Assembly: GCF_009834535.1 (NCBI RefSeq)
Contig: NC_045697.1
Coordinates: 109,060,001 to 109,124,000 of the forward strand
DNA length: 64,000 nt
DNA from: Camelus ferus
Lineage: Eukaryota
Reading direction: 5' to 3'
This document shows positions 13,161-24,962 of the stretch, piece by piece. The notes beneath the pieces are model-generated. The model saw only the letters and a program-made list of their open reading frames with translations. It searched no databases and was not told the DNA's origin. The position numbers were made by a program, and so were the translations under genes. How positions within the stretch are numbered: position 1 is the stretch's first letter; each line of letters begins with the position of its first letter.

Positions 13161-13560
13161 TCTCAGTAGCCAAAATGTTCACAGTAGCTTTATTCACAAT
13201 AGTCAAGGTCTCCATCCACAAGAGAAGGAATAAACTGGGTAATTAATTGAGTACAGTCATACAACAAAAACTACTTAGAAATAAAAAGGAACCAGCTACT
13301 GACATACAGTACATGGAGGAATGTCACAGATGTGCACAAGGCCGGATGTAAGTGAGGACTTACTGTATGAGCCTATTTATATGAAGTTCAAGAACAGGCA
13401 AAATTAATCTAGTGTGATAGAAATCAGAGCAGCGATTGTCTCTGGGAGTAGGGGGTTCATTGGAAAAGGGCAGGAGGGAACTCACTGGCACAACGGAATT
13501 CTTCCATATTTTATTTGGGATGGTCATACCAGAGGGCCATAGAGCACTTTTTGTTTTTAA
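12825..13560 (+). mobile_element. Old L1 (L1ME-like) ORF2 end/3'UTR
   Basis: gctgacgataccaagcgctggtgagaacatggagc; aatgttcacagtagctttattcacaatag; aagttcaagaacaggcaaaattaatcta. Confidence 0.75.
13124..13158. repeat. (TG)n microsatellite
   Basis: Direct observation. Confidence 0.95.
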
Positions 13561-13834
13561 TTCAGCAACTGGCAAGAATGGCATCTGTCAGAGCATCCTC
13601 TGGGAAACTTTATTCAGACCCCTTCTCCTATGTCTGGTCTCGGTTCATCAAACTTATGTACCAGAAAGAGAAGAGGATGCTGTTTCTAAACCACAGCCCA
13701 AGCCTTATGTTATGGATGCTGGAACCCAAGTCATTTAGCTTCTCCCTGCCTCAGTTCCCACATCTTTACTGCCAGAATAGGGTCTAGCAAACAGTAACTT
13801 TTCTCTATAAAGAGAAGTTAATTCAAAATGTAAG

Positions 13835-15040
13835 CAAGATTCAACTTCCAGTTTCTGGTCCAGCATGTAAGAAACTTGGAAGTTGCCATTTCATCCTAAC
13901 AACAAGTAAAATGCTGAACAAACTGAAAGACTAAATGATACAGAGGAACTGATCAGTGAGCTAGAAGACAGGGTAGTGGAAATCATATTTAAAAAGTTGT
14001 ATTTACTGAGAGCAGGCACTAAGTATATGATATTCATTTATAATTCTTTTATTTTCCCTATAAGGTAAAATGTATAATTTTTCATTTCAGATAAGAAAAT
14101 TGACATTCACACATATTCAATGTGTGCTTAATTTTGACTCATTTGTTTATTTGCCCACTTGACAAACTTTGTGTGCAACTTCTTGAATGTTAAGAACAAA
14201 ATCCTAGACTTTGAAATTAGGCAAAATGTGGATGGTATATTTTTCAGTATATACAGATATAGATATAGGTCACCCAGTATTAATGCATTTTAACTCACTT
14301 TATTATAAAATATAGTTAAAAAATCAACTCTTCTTAGATCCAGAAGAGAAGTGAGGTCACAGAGCAAAATGTTGCCCCAAAATTGGAGACCAGCAGGTGG
14401 ATACAGAGGATCACAACTTGCTAGAGCAGAAACCCACCAGCTGAAACCTCCTTGGGAACCAGAGCCTGGGGTGGGCAAATCTGAACTGTAATTGATGAAG
14501 AGCTGGAGGCTCCGTGTGGACAACTCTGAGGGTTCAACACTCCAGGGGGACCCAGTCCTGAGGGTGGAGGCCCCCACACTTTTGTGAGACTTACCTCCTG
14601 GAGCTCTACTGGGTTCTGACAGAGACTACTGGGGGAAAAATCTCCCCTTGTGCATCCGTCAAGGGAAGGGGAACAGGAACCATTTGAAATATGCCAAAGC
14701 ACTCCGTTCTTAACAAGGCCTCCTCTCAGGAGAAGCTAGTTAACCAGAGCCTAACCTGCTGGGGTTTTATCAGAGCTTAACCATCCTGGAGGAAGGGAAA
14801 CACACACAACTCTAGTCATCTCTAGCCTCCCTGTCTCACCCAAAGAGGGGGACATTGAAAAGCACAGTCCAGAGGCATAGGCTATCTAAGGGACTGAGAC
14901 TTAACTGCAAGACAACAGACACCTCCAGCCCCGCTCCTCATCACCACATCACTAATGACCTATTTACAGCTGTTCCTTTTACCCAGCGCATTATGCTCAG
15001 CTATTAAGAAAAACCAACAATATATACTGAAAAACACAGT
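13835..15040 (+). mobile_element. L1MC(a)-like 5' end, interrupted at ~13929-14317
   Basis: acttccagtttctggtccagcatgtaag...ctaacaacaagtaaaatgctgaacaaactgaaa resumes as aatcaactcttcttagatcc...gaagtgaggtcacag. Confidence 0.7.
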
Positions 15041-15300
15041 TGGAACTATTTGGGGACAGAAAGACTAAGCCCAAGGGAAAGATCTGACCAAGGGCATCCA
15101 GCGATGTGTCCCAGCTCAGCCTACGACCTTGTCTTTAGATCCTCAACCTCATACCAGGAAAAGCGCCTCTCTAACATTCTGGTCTTCCCTGTTTAGTCTA
15201 TCTACTCATAGACCTTGTCAATGCCATAACATTTTAAGTTATTTATCATTACATAGCAAACAGGCTAAGATCATGCCAATATATGAAGTATTATCTAGAC

Positions 15301-15689
15301 AAGGGGTGGGCAAATACTTTCTATAAAAGGACACCTGGTAAATATTTTTTTGGTTTGTGGGTCACAAGTCTCTGCAGCTCTGTCACTGTAGCATGAAGAC
15401 GGCCATACAGGTAAGTAAGTGAGTAAGTGTGGCTGCCTTCCAGTAAAATTTTATTTATGGGCACAGACATGTGAATTTCATATGATTTTCCTATGTCACA
15501 AAACAGAATTATTCTTTTGATTTTTTTAACCATTAAAAACGAAAAACAGACTCGTTTTTGTCAACTACTAAAAAGTGAAGAACATTGGTTGAAAAAATAT
15601 TCATTGACTGAAAAACATCCTTACATTTGCAAATCATACAAAAAACATGGTAGGCTGGATCTGGCTCCTGGGCTCCTTGCCAACCCCTG
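15301..15689 (+). mobile_element. MER58B-like hAT-Charlie MITE
   Basis: TIRs aggggtgggcaa / ttgccaacccctg; flanks atctagac / ggctagat (Charlie-type target). Confidence 0.85.
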
Positions 15690-15954
15690 GGCTAGATGGT
15701 TCCGGCCTCTCAAGAGTCACCATCTCCCCAGCACAGTGTCTTTCTACAACTGAAACCAGTGTAGAGGTGGTCTCTCTGTCTCACCTCCTCTACATCCCAC
15801 CTACGTGAGTAAGCCCGTAAGAACCCTTGAATTCCAGAAATCCACATAGGGGTGCCCGGGAGGCTGCAGGTGTACAAGGGAGCTGGCCCACTCTGGGGGC
15901 CGTGTGTGCAGGACTGCCAGGGAATCGGGGCTTGCTGAAACCACACCACGGGCT

Positions 15955-15994
15955 CCCCACGCCCAGGAACACCCCCCACGCCCAGGAACACCCC
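15955..15994. repeat. 19-bp tandem duplication (ccccacgcccaggaacacc x2)
   Basis: Direct observation. Confidence 0.85.
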
Positions 15995-16243
15995 CTCAGC
16001 CGCAGCCCCTCACCTGGTAATTATCCTGTCTCGGCTCTCTCTGTACTTAGTTGGGAAGGGGCTTGTCAAGAGAGAGCATTTAGACTCCTTCCTAATCTTC
16101 ACCATCATGTTATTCTGAGAGGTTATATAACAAAATAAGTGAGTGCATGTGCTCTGGTCTGCCTGGGTTTGAAACCCAGCTCTGGTACTGTAAGTGCCCT
16201 TGGTTAGTTAGTGATACTCTCTGTGCCGACTCCCTCAACTGCA

Positions 16244-16385
16244 TTTTTTTTTCTGGGGGGGGGGGGTAATTTGGATAATTAATTAATTTACTTATTTTTT
16301 AACAGAGGTACTGGGGATTGAACCCAGGACCTCGTGCATGCTAAGCACGGGCTCTGCCACTGAGCTACACCCTTGCCCCCCCGCC
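16244..16385 (-). mobile_element. tRNA-Ala-derived camelid SINE (vic-1-like), inserted in a MIR
   Basis: Antisense gaggtactggggattgaacccaggacctcgtgcatgctaagc..ccactgagctacaccc plus A-rich/C-rich tail. Confidence 0.85.
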
Positions 16386-16583
16386 CCCAGCTGTACTGTG
16401 ACACAGAGTGATTGAGTCAATATGCAGAAAGGATTTATAAACTAACAGCTATTAATATTCCTGTTTTGCTTCTCTCCTGTCTCTCACCTGAATCTGTCCA
16501 TCTAATGTGTATGAAGTGCCTGACTGTGTGCGGGGAGGGGGATGCAGAGCCAGGGGACACTTCAGTCTATTCAAGATGAGAGT

Positions 16584-17117
16584 TGTTTCAGCTAGCTATT
16601 GCTAGGTAACAAAACACCCCAAAACTTAGCAACTGAGAACAACAAGAAGCATTTATTTGCTTACAAGTCTGCAATTTGAGTGGGGTTCAGTGTTGACAGC
16701 TCATCTCTGCTCCACATAGTCTTGGCTGAGTGGCTCTGCTGGGGCTGGAGGTGACAGGATAGCATCACTCACATGTCTGGCACCTCAGCTGTGGTGGCTG
16801 GAAGAGCCAGGGGCTGGCTGAGCTGAACCCTTTTTCCTCCAGCACCTCTCTCTCTATGTGGCCTCTCTCTAGTCAGATAGTTGGATTTGTTTACAAGGCA
16901 GCAGGCTTCCATGAGGACAAAAACCCAAGCGGGAAGACTCTTAAGTCCCCAGATCAGAAATCACACTGGGTGATCTTCACCATATCCTATGGCAAAGCAA
17001 GTCCCAGGGCCAGCCCTGATTTAAGGGGCGATGAACCGGTCTCCATGTCTTGATGGGCGCAGCATGCACAGGAGTGAAAGAACTGTGGGCTGTCATCTTT
17101 GTAGGCAATCTAGCCCA
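16584..17117 (-). mobile_element. MaLR solo LTR (MLT1H-like)
   Basis: ctattgctaggtaacaaaacaccccaaaacttag...aaagcaagtcccagggccagccctgattt. Confidence 0.8.
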
Positions 17118-17344
17118 AGGATGGAGACAGACAGTGTGAACAACTCCAGAGTAGACATCTCCAGGCGGTCACCTTTTATACACCAGAACCGAGAACAATG
17201 TTGCCGAAGACCCTCAAGAAATATTTCTTTCTTTGCTGGTTTGGAAGAGTCCTCTTAATTTGGAAATTTATTGTCTTTTAAAAGCTTTGTTCATCTTACT
17301 AAAAAGAACCCTAAAATACTGCTATCAAAAAATAAAAATTTTTA

Positions 17345-17590
17345 GGGGGGTGGAGGGTGGGAAGGGATAGACTGGGATTTCAAAATTGTAGAATAGATAA
17401 ACAAGATTACACTGTATAGCACAGGGAAATATACACAAAATGTTATGATAACTCACAGAGAAAAAAATGTGACAATGAGTGTGTATATGTCCATGAATGA
17501 CTGAAAAATTGTGCTGAACACTGGAATTTGACACAACATTGTAAAATTATTATAAATCAATAAAAAATGTTAAAAAAAAAGAAATAGAAA
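17345..17590 (+). mobile_element. Younger lineage-specific L1 3' end with poly(A)
   Basis: G-rich start, actgtatagcacagggaaatata, aataaa, A tail; A-rich aaaaatttt flanks. Confidence 0.85.
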
Positions 17591-18275
17591 AAAAATTTTA
17601 ATCACTCATTGCATTGCAATTCAAAACATTTTGTATGTCACTTTCTACTTGTATACATTCCATTTTTATAATGATAAAAGTTATATCACATCATAGAAAT
17701 GAGAGAGAAACCTTTATATAGTCTGTTCACATGTATAATTCCATATTCAGCTATTTTTATTTATCACCATATTTAACATTTTTTCCATGTCCCCTACATG
17801 GTCTTCGTAATTAATCTCTTTTAATAGCCACTATAATGTTCCATTGTGTTAATCTGTCACAGCCCATTAAATCTTTCCCCTTATGGCTATCTAGGCTGTT
17901 TCTGCTGTGAAACACTTTTTCATATTTTGACACAGCCTTCCTGACTTTTTTAAATAGCTGAATGATATTTCATTGTGTTTATCTATCGTAGTCTAGGAAT
18001 ACATGTTCCCTTCATGATGGCCATTGTGGCCGGGTGTACAGACTGGGTCAGAGCAAAGCTGGTCACAGAGCCACATGCTGGGACCAGGACAGGCTGAAGC
18101 CATCACTCAGAGGGAGAGGCAATGGGTGAGTCTGGGGGAACCAGGGCTTCGAGAGGTTCTGTCACAGCAGTCACCTCTACTCCTGTTTATCCATCACTCA
18201 CGCCTGCCCAACTTTTGTCCTAGGATGTCTCAAAATGCCTCTTGCCTCCTCTCAGCTTCCTATTATTGTTACTTT

Positions 18276-18528
18276 AAAAAAATTTTTTTTATTGAAGTGT
18301 AGTTGATTTACAATGTTAGTTTCAGGTGTGCAGCAAAGTGATTCAGCTATACATATACATACCTACATATTTTTTCTTTTCAGATTCTTTTCTATTTTAT
18401 GCTATTAAAAGAAACTGAATATAGTTCCCTGTGCTATACAGTAGGTCCTTGTTGTTTATATATTTTATATATAGTAATGTGTGTCTGCTAATCCCGAACC
18501 CCTAATTTATTCCTATCCCCCTTCCCCT
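18276..18528 (-). mobile_element. Artiodactyl-type L1 3' end, 5'-truncated
   Basis: ttattgaagtgtagttgatttacaatgtt...tccctgtgctatacagtaggtcc; exact 13-bp TSD ttattgttacttt (18263-18275, 18529-18541). Confidence 0.9.
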
Positions 18529-18769
18529 TTATTGTTACTTTTTCAATGTTACAATAAACCTAGAGTATCTTGGTTCTTTTTTCTTCTTTTGAATGATTTT
18601 ATTAAGATAACTTCCCAGGAGTGAATTACTAGGTCAAAATGCTTGAATACCTTTTTGGCTGCTGCTAGGAAATGCAAAATTGCTGTCCAAAGTTGGCACT
18701 ACATCCTGGTGTTACCATTGGATGTTAACATTTAAATTCAGCCTGAATACAAATAGACATCTCCAACAG

Positions 18770-18980
18770 GTGTCTCTGTGGTTCTCCTCTGTGTGCTCTG
18801 ATCATAACACTTATCACAGTCTTTGATTGATGGTGCATTTGTCTACCTGCTCCCCTAACTTCGGATAACTCAAGAAAAGAAAGGAGTCTTGTTCATCTTT
18901 AAATCTCCAATCTTAGTGCCATGCCTAGTCCTACAGAGTAGAAGTAAGATAAATACTAACTTAATACGTGAATGAACGAT
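18770..18980 (+). mobile_element. L2 3' end
   Basis: gtcttgttcatctttaaatctcc..ttagtgccatgcctag..aaatact..gtgaatgaa. Confidence 0.6.
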
Positions 18981-19525
18981 TACCTGCAATGATAATTATT
19001 TTCTCAGACTTAGGTTCAAATTCTAACTCCCTAAGCACTGTCCATCCTCCCTTGGCCTCAGTTTACTCATCTCTAAAATGGAGATAATAACATCTACCTT
19101 TCAGGTTTGTGTAGGCATTTGAGACAGTCACAACAGGCAACTGTTTTTATTTTGACGGGACGAGCTCGTTCACTGAATTTCCCATTGTGAGGACCATTTA
19201 TGTATTCCCTCCACTTACATGTTAAGGTCTAGCTATTTTTCTAATAAATTTGAATAAAGTCTTCATATATTTCAGTTTTATAGTCTTGTCACATCTGTTT
19301 AAAACATTTCAGTTTTACCATTTTTATCATAGAGGTTTTACAACTGAATATACCTAAAAAATTTTTGGAGACTTTTTGTATGTTTTTTCAGTTAAGAGTA
19401 TTATTATCTTCCTACAAATCTGACATATTTTTCATCTGTCTACTGGCTTTTCCACTTTCATTTTCTTTCAAATGTAATTCTTTAATCCCTCAGTGTATAT
19501 AGTGTAAGATGTGCCTCTAACGTAA

Positions 19526-19958
19526 TACTATCAGTTTGCTGCTGTAACCAAGCACCACAAACTAGGTGGCTTAAAACAACATACATTCATTCTGTCCCAG
19601 TTCTGGAAGCCAGAAGTCCCCAATCAAAGTGCTGGCAGGGCCATCTCCCTCTGAAGGCTCCAGGGGAGCATCTGTTCCTTTGCTCTCCCAGCTTCTGGGC
19701 CTCCAGGGGTCCCTTGGCTGTGGCCGTATCACTCCGTTCTCTGCCTGTGGCCACACTGCCTCCTCTTCTTTTTCTGTGTCTCTCAGAACTACATTTGTGA
19801 TGGCTTTTGGGGCCTATGTAGGTAATCCAGGGTAATTTCATTGCAGACTCCTAATTTAATTGCATCTGCAAAGACCCTTTTTCCAAATAAGGTAACATTT
19901 CTAAGTTCCAGGGATAAAGACTTGATATCTTTGGGTAGCCACGGTTAAATCTACTACA
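19526..19958 (-). mobile_element. MaLR solo LTR (MLT1C/D-like)
   Basis: gctgctgtaaccaagcaccacaaactaggtggcttaaaacaac...catctgcaaagaccctttttccaaataaggtaac. Confidence 0.85.
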
Positions 19959-20279
19959 AGTCCTTAAAAAACAAACAAATAAAACAAACCTCATTCCGTA
20001 TTCTTCAGGAAAAAGGACCATATGTATCTAAGTGACTTCACTACAAGGGGGTATAGGCAGAGGACAGTTGAGGGTGGGCTCTGTTGTGTGGGTGGGGTGG
20101 GGGACAGCCAGCCTCTGAGTGCTGATTTAGACCATCAATGCCACCTGTGGGGAAGTGGCCCCATTTAAAATTCTGTTCCATTAGTGTTGAACAGAAGTTC
20201 ATGCTCTCAGGGTCTGGAATGGAAGTATGCTTTGCCCTTGATGGAAGAGATGACTAGTTAGCTACCTTAGAGATAATGT

Positions 20280-20672
20280 CTCCAGCTAAAAGACTCTCCC
20301 TCCCTGGCATCTTGCTGTGGCCATGAGACTAAGTTCTGGTCAGAGATCTGCAAGTGGGATTTCTAGAAAATTTCCTTCAAAGTGAGACTCCCACTGCCCC
20401 TTTCCCTTTCTCTTCTTCCTGCCTGGAATACAGGTGTAATGGCTGGGGCTCTAGCAGCCATCTGGAGCCATGATGTCACCATAAAGCTAGAAGTCAGGCC
20501 TTAGAAATGGTAAAACAGGACAGAAATAGCTAGGCCCCTGAAGAGCTACCTTACTGGCCCAGGGATGCCTATCTCTGGACTTATTTTATGAGAAAGAAAT
20601 AAACCTCTCACTTGTTAAGCCACTTTAGTTAGTTCTCATTAGTAACAGTTTATCTCAGTTTTTAATAGATAC
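20280..20672 (+). mobile_element. MaLR LTR (MLT1I/J-like)
   Basis: gtggccatgagactaagttctgg; ttcctgcctggaat..gcagccatct; gagaaagaaataaacc..ttgttaagccact. Confidence 0.7.
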
Positions 20673-20734
20673 ATTTCAAAACTTCACTTCTTATTCTTTC
20701 TTTATTGACGTTTGGCATGAGTTTATTTCACTTG

Positions 20735-21030
20735 TAGCTTTCAGCTCAAATGTCACTTCTTCGGTGCTGCTTTCTCTGACTGATCACCTTACCTAAGTTG
20801 CCCCTCACCCCTCACCTTGTCACTATCTACCACGTCACTTCGCTGGATGTTCCTTATTGTGCCTGGCAGACCAGCAATGATCTTATTTACTGATTTCATT
20901 ACTTGCTTGTTGTCTGTTTTCCTTGATGGAGAAAGTACACTCCATGATCGCAGGGATCATGCCTGTCTTGCTCTCTGCCGTTGCCAGGAGCACGTGGTGG
21001 ATACTCAGTAAGGATGTGTGGAACGGGTGA
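20735..21030 (+). mobile_element. L2a-like 3' end
   Basis: tcagctcaaatgtcacttc...ctccatgatcgcagggatcatgcctgtctt..actcagtaa. Confidence 0.7.
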
Positions 21031-22729
21031 GTCTGCGTGGGCATCAAGATGAGACACTGGGAGTAAGTAGGCGGTGCTATTGACAAGTCTTCTTAGGGGA
21101 AATCCAAGAAGCTCAAGTAGAAAGCCTGTCGGTGCAAGTGGATAGGATGCCAGGGTACTGAGTGGGAGGGAGATGCTGACTTGCCCTAATCCTTCTCCTT
21201 CGGAGCGTAAAACACACCCACCCACCCACTCAGGGCCCCACTGCCTGAGCAGAAGATGAGTTGGCATTCATTGTTGTACCCTCTACCACACAGCCTCTAC
21301 CTGCTGGTCTGTGCTGCAGAGACTCAAACTCCTAAACGGCATGTCAGGATCCAGCTTGGTCCCACAGGACAATAATCACCTTGAACCATCAGGATGACGG
21401 TGGTTAATTGACTGAACCCCCGACATCCTTACTGGTACAGGCCTTTTTCTCCCCAGAAGATTTTCGACAGAAATAGCTCTGGTTTCTCCCTGTGTTACTT
21501 GGTTAAGCCCCACTCAGCCTTAGCTGCCTGGCCCAGGTCTCACTCCTCCATGGAGCCTTCCCTGATTGCTCTGGTTCACCTGGGTCCTTCCTGTTCTTAC
21601 TTGCCGTGAGTGTCATTTTGATGTGTCATTCATTTCTTTACTCACTTGTTCATCCACCTAGGAACTCCTCTTTAGGGTCTCCCCCGAGCGGGGTACTATG
21701 TCAGCCCCTGGCTTACAATGAGAGTAAAAATAGACATGTCCCTATTGAGCACATATTAATTATTGAACCAATGTTTCTAGTTTTCAAGGCTTTGATGATA
21801 ATCAAAGAGGATAAATAAGAGCCCCCAGAGTGAAGGGACAGACACAAAGCAGATGCAAAGCAGTTTCCAGCCACCACTGCAAGTACTCAGCTCGTGACCA
21901 GCATCGTGATGGCTGCAAAAACAAAAACCTTTCCTGTAAGGAACACCTGCTTAACCCTCTGAAGTCAGCAGATCTGTACATACACATCTGTGGCCTGCCG
22001 CTTTGTAGGGCCTCCTTGGGGGCTGGAGCTAAGAGCCGACCTGCCAGGAGGTTGCCGCGGTACCCTCGGAGGGGGAGCGCAAATGCAGGAAAAAGAGAAA
22101 CTCTGTTACTACCCCCTCCCTGATCCCAACCACCCCCCAGACAGGCGAGACTTAAGGTCTGGGCAACTAAAGAGGCAGAAGGGGTGGAAGTTTGATTCTT
22201 TCAGGGAAAGCCCAAGAGTCTGCAGCAGGGTGGTCCAAAGGCCAGTCAAAAAGTCACAGAAGAACCTTAATGGCGCCGTCAGAGGGGCAGAGGGGATGCC
22301 CTCACCCTGTGGGTGAGCAGTGGGGTCTGAGTCAGCACCGATCCTGCCTTTCCTTGTTCAGCAAGATCAAATATGCTCTAATCACAACTGGTCAATCAGT
22401 GAACTGGTGCCAGGTCCTCGAACACAAATACAATCAGATGCCCATTAGGACTCTGCGTCTTACTCTGGAAGCTAAACAACTGCAAGCTCACATAACCAGA
22501 TTCTTTTCTATCCTGGACTCGAGTGACCAGGAGGCAGCTTGTCCACCATATCACAGGGCCAGCAAGATGTAGCCAGGCCCCCGCATCCTTCAAAGCACAG
22601 CACTATATCCTTGGATCGTTCACAGTCAAAATGACGTCCCTGGGGCACTGCGGTTTCCGAGGGGGTGACTGAATCAGCACGGATGAAGCATGTAGGATAG
22701 CATTTTCGAACTGGAACGTGACTTTTTGA

Positions 22730-23010
22730 AAATGGCACAGCCTCTTTGGCGTTTGGTTAATTAGAAGGTGTTAAGCAACTAGGCCAGCCCGTGACTGACC
22801 TTGCCGGGCAGTTACTGAATGTACGTGGGCCGCCCATCCTGTGATGATCCGCCTGTTTTTCATCCCAGCCTGGCTTCTTCCTGCCACTTAGAACTCTGCG
22901 GGCTGCTCCTGCCCCTGGCGGTGTGCTCGGCAAACAAATATATTTCGAAGATTAAACAAAACGTAATTAAGAGGGCAAACTTTATAGAGGAACGAAAACT
23001 ATAAACAGGG
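22730..23010. promoter_or_regulatory. Putative enhancer: AT-rich homeobox/forkhead motif cluster
   Basis: GGTTAATTAG, GCAAACAAATA, ATTAAACAAA, GTAATTAAG, TATAAACA adjacent to CpG island. Confidence 0.4.
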
Positions 23011-23420
23011 GCGCCCCCCATCCCGAATTACCGGTCGCTTCACTCGCCTGTGGCTCCGCCCCTCTCGCCGAGCCCAGTGAGCGCCGGGAAGTCGCCGAGG
23101 GGGCGCTGCGGCTGCGGGGGCGCCGGCGCGGTGGTTTGTGGGTAGATCTTCCTCCGCGGCCCTTCCCCGGGCTGTGAGCCCTCAGCGCCCGGCGGCGGTG
23201 TGCTCGCTGCGGGCGCAGGCTTCACGCACTCTCACCGGGACCGCAGGGTGGTTCTAAAGAGACCCGGAGTAGAGCTGCAGCAGCAGGGCTCAGACCCGAA
23301 GGTGTCTGGGGAGGCCCTGTCTTCTGCAGGCGGCCCGGGGAAGGAGTAGGAAGGAGTTCCCGCCCAGAGAGCCCAGTGGAGCAGCCACCGGGATGGAGCA
23401 GCCCCCGGGATGCCCCGACC
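23010..23420. promoter_or_regulatory. Small CpG island with GC box and CTCF-like site
   Basis: Densest CpG cluster in window; CTCCGCCCC; AGTCGCCGAGGGGGCGCTG at 23090-23108. Confidence 0.65.
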
Positions 23421-23484
23421 CAAAGGTTCCAGAATGGCTCCAGCTGCTTCTTCACTGTCACTACTGCTCCCCTTCCCCACCGTC

Positions 23485-23895
23485 TGCTACTGGTTGAACT
23501 GTGTCCCCCCAAAAGATATGTTGAAGTCCCAATCCTCAGTACCTCGGCATGTGACCTTATTTGGAAATAGGGTCACAGCAGATGTAATTGGTCATGAGTC
23601 ATCCTAGAGTAGAGTGGGTCCCGAATCTAACAGAACTGCTGTCCTTAGAAGGCCGGGTGAAGACAGAGACGTACAAGAAAAGTGCCACTTGACAACGAAG
23701 GCCAACGGCAAACCGAGGACCATCCAGATGGTCAGAAACTAGGGAGGAGCAGCAAGGATTCTCTGACCGGTTTCAGAGACAGCGGGGCCCGCGACACCTA
23801 GATTCTAGACTTCCAGCTTCCAGGACTGTGAGACTATACGTTTCTGTGGTTCTAACCCATCCAGTTTCTTAGGGCAGCTCTAGGGCACAAATTCC
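23485..23895 (+). mobile_element. MaLR solo LTR (MLT1B/C-like)
   Basis: tgctactggttgaactgtgtccccccaaaagatatgttgaagtcc...gtgaccttatttggaaataggg. Confidence 0.85.
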
Positions 23896-24682
23896 CAGCC
23901 CCTCCTCCTTATGAGGTTGTGCCAGAGGTGAATTTGTTGTGAAACTGACAAAGCATAAGGTTCAGGCCCCTTCCTGGTGTGGGTTCCTTCCAAAGCCTTG
24001 TGCCTCGTGGTGTGTTTGTAAATTTAGATTGTTTCTCTTAAAAGAGTGTCCCCCAAGTTGTATAAGAGTCAGACTCCCGGAGCCCTGGCTCTGCGCCGGC
24101 TGCTGTCACCCCACCCCACCCCCGTGTCTCTCACCCTCCCTCTGGCTCCGAGGGCAGCATCACCAGCCCAGGAGGCTTTGGAAAGAGAGGCCAATGCCAT
24201 GTTGCTTTATCCATTTGTCGGGGCAGAAGGCTGAATTAGGGGACTTCTCAGAGCTTCTTCAGGCCTAGCATCTCCTGGATAACAGCAGAGAATCGCTTTC
24301 CATCAGGACCCTGGGGAGTAGAAGCTAACGTTTCCAACAGACAGCCTGGGTGTGAGCAGAGCCCAGTAGCCTGATGGACAGTCGAGCCCTGGGAGATGGA
24401 GAGCCTTGCGGCGTGGCTTCCCCACCTCCACCCAAACCTGTCTTCATTCTCCACATCCATTGGTAGAGGTGGCTGGAGATGCCCCCTCCAGCCCTACAGA
24501 CACATGCCCATGGGCAACGTTCCTGATCTCATATGACTTCTTCCTCATCCTGTAGCCCCACTTCCAAGCCAACCCCAATTCAAACCAATATCACAAATTG
24601 TCCATGGCCCTGAGTCTGTGCCAGGCGTGGGGGGAACCCTGGGTGAATGGCACGTGGGCCCTGAGATGGGGGAGACAGAACC

Positions 24683-24962
24683 CAAAATACGGAGAGATAT
24701 TGCAGATTCAGTTCCAGATGCAGGCAATAAGGTGACTGGAGTGGCTCTTCCGGGTTTCCCAGTGCATATAAAAGTCTTGTTTACCCGATACTGCAGCCTA
24801 TTAAATGTGTAATAGCATTATGTCTACAAAAGGATGAACATACCTTAATTTTAAAATACTGCTAATAGGTGCTAACCACCACCTGATAACACAGGATTGC
24901 CATACCTTCAATGTATAAAAAATAACAATATCTACAAAGGGCAATAAAACAAGGTATGCCTG
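24683..24962 (-). mobile_element. Tigger1-derived MITE (TcMar)
   Basis: gagatattgcagattcagttccaga..tttcccagtgcatataaaagt joined to caataaaacaaggtatgcctg|ta; both Tigger1 ends. Confidence 0.85.
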
